Source of the DNA: Geotalea uraniireducens Rf4
GTDB taxonomy: Bacteria; Desulfobacterota; Desulfuromonadia; Geobacterales; Geobacteraceae
DNA length: 32,000 nucleotides
Direction of reading: 5' to 3'
Assembly (NCBI RefSeq): GCF_000016745.1
Contig: NC_009483.1
Location: forward strand, 3,120,001 to 3,152,000
A program made the translations under genes and the position numbers. A model generated the notes under the pieces. The model saw only the letters and a program-made list of their open reading frames with translations. It ran no database searches and was not told the DNA's origin. Positions 25,142 to 32,000 of the stretch are shown here, piece after piece; the stretch's first letter is position 1; each line of letters starts with the position of its first letter.

Positions 25142-25165
25142 TCAACCTCAACCTGAACCTCAACC
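25142..25165 (+). repeat. Tandem hexamer array TCAACC TCAACC TGAACC TCAACC
   Basis: Read directly. It lies between the MITE-like insert and the GGAGGA SD of the EmrA-like gene. Confidence 0.7.
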
Positions 25166-25188
25166 TGCTTTAGTAACGGAGGAAGCAG

Positions 25189-26295
25189 ATGGCTGAAGAA
25201 ACGGAAACGAACAACACCGGCGACGCAACCCCGCCGGCTGAGGAAAAGAAAAAGGGGCCCGGCAAGAAGCAGCGCGCCGGCATATTTTTGCTCATCATAC
25301 TTGCAGTCGGCGGCGCCTTCGGCTTTAAATGGTGGATAAAAGGCCAGACCCACATCACAACGGACAACGCCTTCGTCGAAGCGCATATCCACTCCATTTC
25401 CGCCCGGATACCGGGGATCGTCAGGAATGTCGCGGTCCGGGACAACCAGTTCGTGAAAAAGGGGGACCTGATCGTAGAACTGGACCCCATCGACTACCAG
25501 GCACGGGTGGCTGACGCAACGGCAACCATGAACATGGCCAGGAACGAGACCTCGGGTGAACACGCCAAGGTGGACGCAGCCAGGACAGCCGTCAGTCTCG
25601 CCAAAGTCAAGCTCGAACAGGCCGATACGGACCTCAGGCGGGGCAAGGCATTGTTTGCCAAGGAAGTCGTCCCCAAAGAGCAGCTGGATCGACTGGAAAC
25701 TGCATACAAGGTCGCAGTCATGGAGAAACGCCAGGCAGAAGAAACGTTGCGCAGGGCGGAAGCAGAGGTCGGCCTGATCGGCACCGGCAGCAAGGATGCA
25801 AAAGTGGCGCAAAAAAAGGCGCAGTTCGACGAGGCGGAGCTGAACCTCTCCTACACGAAAATCTTCGCCCCTGCCGACGGTTACATCACCCGCAAATCAG
25901 TGGAAGCCGGCAACTACATCCAGCCGGGACAGCCGCTCATGGCCCTGGTCAAGCTGGAAGACTCCTGGGTGACGGCAAACTACAAGGAAAGCCAGCTGAC
26001 CCATGTCAAACCGGGTCAGAAAGTGGAATTCAACGTGGATGCCTATCCCGGCCAGACCTTCCGTGGTACGGTGGACAGCATCATGGCCGGCACCGGCGCG
26101 GCTTTCTCCCTGCTGCCGCCGGAAAACGCCACCGGCAACTACGTCAAGGTCGTCCAGCGCATCCCGATCAAAATAGCTGTCGACAGGAACAGCGACCCCG
26201 GCCACCATCTGAGGATCGGCATGAGCGTCGTTCCGTCGATCATCATCGAACGGGGACTGGCGGACATCCTCAAGGATTTGAACCCGTTTTCGTAG
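25189..26295 (+). CDS. HlyD/EmrA-family membrane fusion (periplasmic adaptor) protein
   Basis: 368 aa. N-terminal TM anchor, coiled-coil hairpin, and C-terminal motifs typical of EmrA (LNLSYTKIFAPADGYI, NYVKVVQRIPIKI). Confidence 0.9.
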   Translation: MAEETETNNTGDATPPAEEKKKGPGKKQRAGIFLLIILAVGGAFGFKWWIKGQTHITTDNAFVEAHIHSISARIPGIVRNVAVRDNQFVKKGDLIVELDPIDYQARVADATATMNMARNETSGEHAKVDAARTAVSLAKVKLEQADTDLRRGKALFAKEVVPKEQLDRLETAYKVAVMEKRQAEETLRRAEAEVGLIGTGSKDAKVAQKKAQFDEAELNLSYTKIFAPADGYITRKSVEAGNYIQPGQPLMALVKLEDSWVTANYKESQLTHVKPGQKVEFNVDAYPGQTFRGTVDSIMAGTGAAFSLLPPENATGNYVKVVQRIPIKIAVDRNSDPGHHLRIGMSVVPSIIIERGLADILKDLNPFS

Positions 26296-26314
26296 GGGCG
26301 GGGTTTCCCCGCCC
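26292..26314 (+). repeat. GTAG-headed GC-rich hairpin (REP-like singlet) overlapping the EmrA-like stop codon
   Basis: gtag-gggcgggg-ttt-ccccgccc: an 8-bp all-GC stem with a 3-nt loop and no U tract. It has the same head and outer stem (GTAGGGGCG...CGCCC) as both arms of 28185..28281. Confidence 0.6.
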
Positions 26315-26343
26315 GAATACTGAGAAAAGAACGGCACTTCCGC

Positions 26344-26377
26344 CACAGAGGCACGGAGACACTGAGGAATCACAGAG
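26344..26377 (+). repeat. Unpaired array of four CAC-type heptads (CACAGAG, CACGGAG, CACTGAG, CACAGAG)
   Basis: Heptads start at 26344, 26352, 26360 and 26371. There is no inverted partner nearby. The array lies directly upstream of repeat copy 2. Confidence 0.65.
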
Positions 26378-26403
26378 GAAACCGCATCAAGTCTCGATAA
26401 AGC

Positions 26404-26529
26404 TTGATGCAGTCGCAAAAAACCTTTTTCACCACTAAGGCACTAAGGACACCAAGAAGACCGAAAAGACGGTTTAATCTTTTGCTTCCTTAGTGCTCTT
26501 AGTGACTTAGTGGTGGATTCTGACTTTTT
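26404..26529. repeat. Copy 2 (inverted relative to copy 1) of the CACTAAG/CTTAGTG palindromic element
   Basis: ttgatgcagtcgcaaaaaacctttttcaccactaaggcactaaggacaccaag...ccttagtgctcttagtgacttagtggtggattctgacttttt aligns with the reverse complement of 14796..14925. It sits between the EmrA-like and EmrB-like genes. Confidence 0.85.
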
Positions 26530-26569
26530 AACTGTTTTTAAGGGCCTAAAGCCTTTTCTCGGTTCATCC

Positions 26570-28123
26570 ATGAAAAACGACGCAAAAAACATCAATAAAT
26601 GGCTCATCACCATCACGGTCATGCTCCCCACCATCATGGAGATCGTCGACACGTCGGTGGCAAACGTCGCTCTCCCCCACATGCAGGGGAGCCTCAATGC
26701 CGGCACCGACGAGATCACCTGGGTGCTCACCTCCTACCTGGTGAGCAACGCCGTGGTCCTCCCCATGACCGGCTGGCTGGCGCGCATGTTCGGCAGGAAG
26801 AGATTCCTCATCACCTGCATCATCCTCTTCACCCTGTCGTCGCTTCTGTGCGGCGCAGCACCGACCCTTGCCACACTGATCTTTTTCCGCATCCTCCAGG
26901 GGGCAGCCGGGGGGGCACTGATCCCGACCAGCCAGGCGATCATGATGGAAACCTTCCCCCCCTACCAGCAGGGGATGGCCATGGCCATCTTCGGCGTAGG
27001 CGCCATGTTCGGGCCGATCATCGGCCCCGCTCTCGGCGGCTGGATCACAGACAACATGAACTGGCGCTGGATCTTTTACATCAACATCCCTATCGGCATC
27101 GTCGCGGTAACCATGGCTACGTACTTCATCTTCGACCCACCCTATCTCAAGCGGGCCAAGGTCGCCATAGACTACTGGGGACTGGCGCTTCTGGTCATCG
27201 GTCTCGGCGCCCTCCAGGTGGTTCTGGACAAAGGGCAGCAGGACGACTGGTTCAACTCGTCCTTCATCCTCTCATGCTCCGTCGTCTCGGCCGTCTCACT
27301 GCTCATGCTCATCTACGTGGAGCTGAAGCACCCGCACCCGATCGTCAACCTGCGGCTGTTCAAGAACGTCTCCTTTTCCGCCGGCAACTTCATCATGTTC
27401 ATCGTCGGCTTCTGCCTCTACAGCTCCATCATGCTCATCCCCCTCTTCCTCCAGACCCTGATGGGGTACAACGCCACCATGGCAGGCATGGTGCTCGCCC
27501 CGGGCGGGGTGGCCACCCTCATCACCATGCCTTTTGTCGGCGCGATCATCCAGCGCTACGACGGGCGCAAGGTGGTCTTCTGCGGGCTGTTGATCGGCGC
27601 CTTTTCCATGTACATCATGCGCGGCTTTACCCTGGATGCAGCCTACTGGGACTTCGTCTGGCCCAGGATCGTGCTCGGCGTAGGGCTGGCGATGATCTTC
27701 GTTCCCCTTACCACCGTCACCCTCGCCACCATCCAGAAGGAAGAAATGGGCAATGCCACCGGCATCTTCAACCTGCTCCGAAACGTCGGCGGCAGTGTAG
27801 GCATCGCCATTGCCGCAACCTTGCTGTCGCGCTACGCCCAGTTCTATCAGTCCAATCTCGTCGCCCAGGTTACCCCTTACAATCCCGTGGCGCAGACGAG
27901 GCTCGCCGGCTTGAAGCAGGCCGCCATGAGCCGGGGACTCGATGCGGTCACCGCCGACAAGAACGCTTATGCCACAATCTACAGCATGCTCAGACGCCAG
28001 GCTGCCATGCTCGCCTACAACCGGATCTTCTGGGTGGTCGGCATCGCCTTTCTCATCATCATCCCCTGCCTGCTCCTCCTGAAAAAACCGAAGCGCCACG
28101 CCGCTCCAGCGGGAATGCACTAG
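26570..28123 (+). CDS. MFS drug efflux transporter, EmrB/QacA (DHA2, 14-TMS) subfamily
   Basis: MEIVDTSVANVALPHMQGSLN...LPMTGWLARMFGRKR...FRILQGAAGG motifs. Start set at ATG 26570 (MKNDAKNINKWL...). The track's GTG start at 26510 lies inside the repeat element. Confidence 0.9.
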   Translation: MKNDAKNINKWLITITVMLPTIMEIVDTSVANVALPHMQGSLNAGTDEITWVLTSYLVSNAVVLPMTGWLARMFGRKRFLITCIILFTLSSLLCGAAPTLATLIFFRILQGAAGGALIPTSQAIMMETFPPYQQGMAMAIFGVGAMFGPIIGPALGGWITDNMNWRWIFYINIPIGIVAVTMATYFIFDPPYLKRAKVAIDYWGLALLVIGLGALQVVLDKGQQDDWFNSSFILSCSVVSAVSLLMLIYVELKHPHPIVNLRLFKNVSFSAGNFIMFIVGFCLYSSIMLIPLFLQTLMGYNATMAGMVLAPGGVATLITMPFVGAIIQRYDGRKVVFCGLLIGAFSMYIMRGFTLDAAYWDFVWPRIVLGVGLAMIFVPLTTVTLATIQKEEMGNATGIFNLLRNVGGSVGIAIAATLLSRYAQFYQSNLVAQVTPYNPVAQTRLAGLKQAAMSRGLDAVTADKNAYATIYSMLRRQAAMLAYNRIFWVVGIAFLIIIPCLLLLKKPKRHAAPAGMH

Positions 28124-28184
28124 GCAAAGAATCCCCACGCCAAAGATCCTTTTACGCACACAAAGCCGCAAAGAAATTCAAATT

Positions 28185-28281
28185 GTAGGGGCGCGGCCTT
28201 GGCCCGCCCTTGTCGTCAAATCAGACCTTGTTGCTCTATTCACATCAGGCAAAGGCGGGCGACCCAAGGGTACGCCCCTAC
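28185..28281. repeat. REPIN-like doublet: two inverted GTAG-headed hairpin units separated by ~43 bp
   Basis: Left unit is gtaggggcg-c-ggcc-tt-ggcc-cgccc (28185-28209). The right unit reverse-complemented is gtaggggcg-t-accc-tt-gggt-cgccc (ends at 28281). The outer 11 bp ttgtaggggcg/cgcccctacaa are a perfect inverted repeat. A T7 run follows at 28290-28296, so it may also terminate the efflux operon. Confidence 0.65.
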
Positions 28282-28399
28282 AAAACCCCTTTTTTTACAA
28301 AATATCGGCCTAGCAGAAGTGGAATAGCAATCATTTTGCGTTATAATTAACGCATTGTAATTAGTCTCACAAATCCTGTTTCACGGCAGAAGGTGAACT

Positions 28400-30739
28400 A
28401 TGCTCCGCATGCCTGCAAAATGGAAGTTGACCCCCCTTTCGATTGCAGTAATCTATATGCTTATCGGGGTGTTGTGGGCAGTTGCAGCCAATCTGTTCTT
28501 TTCGGGTCCATACGACGAACCTTGGACATTTATTCGCATGGAAGCGACCAACCATGCGTTTTTCATTATTTTCACCGCCTTGATACTCTACTTTCTCATT
28601 CACCACAGCTTGGAAGAGATCATGCAGGGCAAGGAAGCGCTCCACAGGGCCAATCGCGCCTTCAAAGCGTTAAGCGACTGCAACAAGGCCCTCATCCATG
28701 CTACAGACGAAGTGCGGCTGATGGAGGAAATATGCAGGACCTTTGTCGAAGCAGCCGGTTATCGGCTGGCGTGGGTGGGAATAGCCGAGGATGACGAAGA
28801 GAGGACCGTCCGGCCTGTGGCCCAGTGGGGAGACGAGAAAGGATACCTGAACGGTTTGAAGCTATCCTGGTCGGAATCCGACTGGGGGCAGGGGCCTACC
28901 GGCACTGCAATACGTTGCGGCACAACGTGTGTAGTGCAGAACATCCTCCTGGACCCGCGATGGAAACCGTGGCGGGAAGAAGCGCTGAGACACGGCTTCG
29001 CTGCATCGATTTCCCTTCCCCTGACTTCCGGAGAGCGCCCCTTCGGCGCGCTGGTCATTTTTGCCGGCGAAGAAGGTGCCTTTGACAACAGGGAAGTCAA
29101 ACTCCTTGAAGAACTGGCGGACGATCTGTCATACGGCATTGCCGCGCTGCGTACAAGCGCCGACCGAAAGAAGGTGGAGAAGGAGCGCAAGCTGCTCGCT
29201 TCGGTGATTCAACAGGCGCTGGAAGGGATCATCCTCCTCGACGGCAACGGCTTGATCCAGTATGCCAATCCGGCTGTGGAGACCATCACCGGCCATGCCC
29301 CGGACAAGATGATCGGCAACAACCTCCAGACCCTGGACTGCGGGCCTCACATGCGTGGATTTTATTCGGCCATATGGGAGGCCATCTCCCGCGGCGAGGT
29401 ACGGATCAGCAACTCCATCCACAAGGGTAAAGACGAGCGGCCGTACGACATAGACGCTGCCATCTGGACCATTTCCGATGACTCCGGCGCTGTCAGCAAC
29501 TACGTTGCCCTGATCCGTGACGTTACCCATGAGGTTCAACTGGAAAGGCAGCTGAGCCAGGCGCAACGGATGGAAGCCATCGGGACCCTGGCCGGCGGCA
29601 TTGCCCACGATTTCAACAACAACCTCGCTTCCATCATAACCTGCACCGAGATGGCGCGAGACGATGTTCCGGAAGGGAGCCCCATGCGCGAACTTCTGGA
29701 CGTGGTGCTCAAGTCCAGCTACCGGGGCAGAAACCTGGTCAAGCAGATCCTCACCTTCAGTTGCCAGGTCGAACAGGAGCGGCAACCGGTACAGGTCGAA
29801 CGCATCATAAGCGAATGCCTTAAGCTGTTGCGGGCCTCGTTCCCCACATCCATCGAGATCAGCCAGAATATCGCCGGCCGGCCGGGGCTGGTTCAGGCCG
29901 ATCCGACCCAGATGCACCAGATCGTCATGAACCTGTGCACCAACGCCGGACATGCCATGCAGGCAAATGGAGGGAAGCTGGATATAATGCTGGTCAACAT
30001 TGACCTGGACACCGCCGCCGTCTCCGGTTTCCCGGATTTGCCGTCGGGCCCGTACCTGAGGCTGACCGTGCAGGATACGGGGCACGGCATGGACAGTGCG
30101 ACGATGGAGCGCATTTTCGATCCATTTTTTACCACCAAGGGACACGGCGAAGGGACCGGTCTCGGACTGTCGGTCGTTCATGGTATTGTCAAGAACCACG
30201 GAGGGGCGATCACGGTCAATAGCGAACCGGGCAAAGGAACCAGCTTTCACGTCTTTCTTCCCCGCATCGACCATGAAACGGAATATGGAACAATCGATAC
30301 GAACATGTCGACTCCCCGCGGGAGAGAACGCATCCTCTTTATCGACGATGAAGAGGACCTCGTCTTCGCCGGAAAAATGATGCTTGAGCGACTGGGCTAT
30401 GAAGTCGTGGCGAAAAAGGACGGCGGCGAAGCGCTGGAACTGTTCCATACCCAGCCGAACGACTTCGACCTGATCATTACCGATCAGACCATGCCGAAAA
30501 TGACGGGCACAGAGTTGACGAGGGAGATCCTCCGCATCCGCCCAGACATACCCGTCATCCTTTGCACCGGCTTCGGCCACGCGGCCAGGGACTTTGCCAC
30601 GAAAGAGGGACAGGTAGCGGCGGGTATCCGTGAACTGGCGCTGAAGCCCCTCGACCGGGCGGAAATGGCCAAAACCATCCGCCGGGTGCTTGACCAGCAG
30701 GATAGTACGGAGGAAGCCCCATGGCAAAGATACTCATAA
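28400..30739 (+). CDS. Hybrid sensor histidine kinase (2 TM, GAF, PAS, HisKA, HATPase_c, C-terminal receiver)
   Basis: 779 aa. H-box GGIAHDFNN, N-box NLCTNAGHAM, G-boxes DTGHGM and GTGLGLSVV. Receiver ILFIDDEE...ITDQTMPKMTG...KPL. Confidence 0.9.
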   Translation: MLRMPAKWKLTPLSIAVIYMLIGVLWAVAANLFFSGPYDEPWTFIRMEATNHAFFIIFTALILYFLIHHSLEEIMQGKEALHRANRAFKALSDCNKALIHATDEVRLMEEICRTFVEAAGYRLAWVGIAEDDEERTVRPVAQWGDEKGYLNGLKLSWSESDWGQGPTGTAIRCGTTCVVQNILLDPRWKPWREEALRHGFAASISLPLTSGERPFGALVIFAGEEGAFDNREVKLLEELADDLSYGIAALRTSADRKKVEKERKLLASVIQQALEGIILLDGNGLIQYANPAVETITGHAPDKMIGNNLQTLDCGPHMRGFYSAIWEAISRGEVRISNSIHKGKDERPYDIDAAIWTISDDSGAVSNYVALIRDVTHEVQLERQLSQAQRMEAIGTLAGGIAHDFNNNLASIITCTEMARDDVPEGSPMRELLDVVLKSSYRGRNLVKQILTFSCQVEQERQPVQVERIISECLKLLRASFPTSIEISQNIAGRPGLVQADPTQMHQIVMNLCTNAGHAMQANGGKLDIMLVNIDLDTAAVSGFPDLPSGPYLRLTVQDTGHGMDSATMERIFDPFFTTKGHGEGTGLGLSVVHGIVKNHGGAITVNSEPGKGTSFHVFLPRIDHETEYGTIDTNMSTPRGRERILFIDDEEDLVFAGKMMLERLGYEVVAKKDGGEALELFHTQPNDFDLIITDQTMPKMTGTELTREILRIRPDIPVILCTGFGHAARDFATKEGQVAAGIRELALKPLDRAEMAKTIRRVLDQQDSTEEAPWQRYS

Positions 30740-32000
30740 TCGATGACGATGACCTGATGTGTCAGTCGTTGTCCCTTGTGGCAGGCCGCTGGGGGCATGA
30801 GGTCACCTGCACCCACACCCTGGGAGCAGGGCTGGAAAAGGCCTCCTCACAGGCGTTCGACGTGGTTTTTCTCGATGTGAGGATGCCCGACGGCAACGGG
30901 CTGGACATGATTCCCAGAATCGAGGCGACCACCTCTTCCCCGGAAATCATCATCATGACCGGCTTCGGCAACCCTTTGGGGGCAGAACTGGCCATCAAGA
31001 GCGGCGCCTGGGATTATATCGAGAAAGGCTCGTCGGTCAAGGAGATAACCCTTTCCCTTGTCCGCGCCCTGGAATACCGGAAACAGAAGAGGAACGGCAA
31101 AAGCGCAAGGAATGTGGTGGTCCTGAAGCGGGAGGATATCGTCGGCAACAGCCCGAAGACGAAGGTCTGCCTCGAACTGGTGGCCCAGGCTGCGGAATGC
31201 GACGCAAACGTGCTCATCACCGGCGAAACAGGATCGGGAAAGGAGCTCTTCGCCCGGGCGGTACATGAGAACAGCCGGAGAAACGGGAGAAACTTCGTGG
31301 TGGTCGATTGCGCGGCGCTCCCGGAAACGCTCGTCGAGAGCCTCCTCTTCGGCCATGAAAAAGGCGCCTTCACCGGTGCGGAACAGAGCCGGGAGGGGCT
31401 GGTTCTTCAGGCGAACGGAGGGACGCTCTTCCTCGACGAGGTGGGAGAACTCCCCCTCTCCATGCAGAAGGCGTTCCTGCGGGTTCTCCAGGAACACCGC
31501 TTCCGGCCGGTCGGGGGTCACCGTGAAATCGCCAGCGATTTCAGACTGGTGGCAGCGACCAATCGGGACCTGGACCGCATGGTACGTGACGGCCGATTCA
31601 GGGAAGACCTCCTATTCCGCCTCCGTTCCTTCGTCATCGAGTTGCCCCCCCTGCGGGAGCGGCCGGAAGACATCAGGGAGCTTGCCGGATATCATGTGGA
31701 CAAGCTGTGCGAACGTTACGGCCTTTCGGCCAAGGGATTCTCACCCGAATTCATGAAAACGCTCGCCGCATATCCGTGGCCCGGCAATGTGCGGGAGCTT
31801 GTCAACAGCCTGGAACGAACCATTGCCGCAGCCCGGCTGGAGCCGATTCTCTTCCCGAAACATCTGCCGGTGCAGATCCGCGTCCAGGTGGCGCAGGCCT
31901 CGGTGCGAAACGGACCGGACGCCGACCGTCCGGAAGCTGCGCCTCCGGCGGGATTTCCGAAATTGCACGATTTTAGGGAGTCCGTCTATGCCCAGGCGGA
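30721..32000 (+). CDS. Sigma54-dependent response regulator (NtrC family), 5' part; runs off the right edge
   Basis: Absent from the ORF track (edge-truncated). My translation from ATG 30721 gives MAKILIIDDDDLMCQSL...FLDVRMPDGNG...ITGETGSGKELFARAVH...ESLLFGHEKGAFTGA...GGTLFLDEVGEL...WPGNVRELVN. The start overlaps the kinase stop by 19 nt. Confidence 0.88.
   Translation, partial: MAKILIIDDDDLMCQSLSLVAGRWGHEVTCTHTLGAGLEKASSQAFDVVFLDVRMPDGNGLDMIPRIEATTSSPEIIIMTGFGNPLGAELAIKSGAWDYIEKGSSVKEITLSLVRALEYRKQKRNGKSARNVVVLKREDIVGNSPKTKVCLELVAQAAECDANVLITGETGSGKELFARAVHENSRRNGRNFVVVDCAALPETLVESLLFGHEKGAFTGAEQSREGLVLQANGGTLFLDEVGELPLSMQKAFLRVLQEHRFRPVGGHREIASDFRLVAATNRDLDRMVRDGRFREDLLFRLRSFVIELPPLRERPEDIRELAGYHVDKLCERYGLSAKGFSPEFMKTLAAYPWPGNVRELVNSLERTIAAARLEPILFPKHLPVQIRVQVAQASVRNGPDADRPEAAPPAGFPKLHDFRESVYAQA

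Noticed and set aside
26599-28188. 529-aa ORF in an alternative frame of the MFS pump gene
   Set aside because: The translation is an Arg/His/Pro/Gly-rich low-complexity string with no TM or domain logic. It lies wholly within a gene whose own frame gives a clean EmrB-type protein. This is a typical GC-rich off-frame artefact.
29129-30727. 532-aa minus-strand ORF antisense to the hybrid histidine kinase
   Set aside because: It has no recognisable motifs, and the plus-strand frame contains complete GAF/PAS/HisKA/HATPase/REC signatures. It is an antisense artefact. The same reasoning applies to 20844..21839, 22003..22800, 13531..14532, 12905..13597, 9981..10571, 23302..23850, 25108..25812 and 27296..28171.

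Overview
This window reads as a chromosomal segment from a Geobacter/Desulfuromonadales-like deltaproteobacterium. That assignment is inferred from gene content only; no search was run.

Minus strand, 1-17224:
- A truncated flippase-like membrane protein, then ribF and tatC.
- A nine-gene chemosensory operon in transcription order REC, CheY, CheA, CheW, MCP, CheR, HEAT-repeat protein, CheR, CheB. A sigma54-type -24/-12 promoter precedes it.
- An NtrB/NtrC-like sensor kinase and sigma54 activator pair.
- RNase R.

Plus strand, 17659 to the right edge:
- A TPR/SLT lytic transglycosylase.
- A translationally coupled pair: a fused ABC exporter and an NTP_transf_5-type nucleotidyltransferase.
- A MarR / TolC-like / EmrA-like / EmrB-like efflux operon.
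- A GAF-PAS hybrid histidine kinase.
- The 5' part of a second sigma54 activator, missing from the ORF track because the window edge truncates it.

I found no rRNA, tRNA, CRISPR array or autonomous IS.

The unexplained structure lies in the intergenic DNA, where almost every spacer holds a 100-220 bp nested palindromic element:
- Two have terminal inverted repeats plus perfect 8- and 9-bp direct flanking duplications (MITE-like).
- One family has two ~88% identical copies in opposite orientation.
- Three arrays are built from CAC-type heptads.
- Several are GTAG-headed REP/REPIN-like hairpins.

Protein-level candidates for follow-up:
- The Che7-like operon with an embedded HEAT protein, two CheR paralogues and an MCP carrying 28-residue repeats.
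- A GAFTDA variant loop in the adjacent sigma54 activator.
- The orphan ABC exporter plus nucleotidyltransferase pair.

No recognisable defence, toxin or phage system is visible, and I do not claim one.
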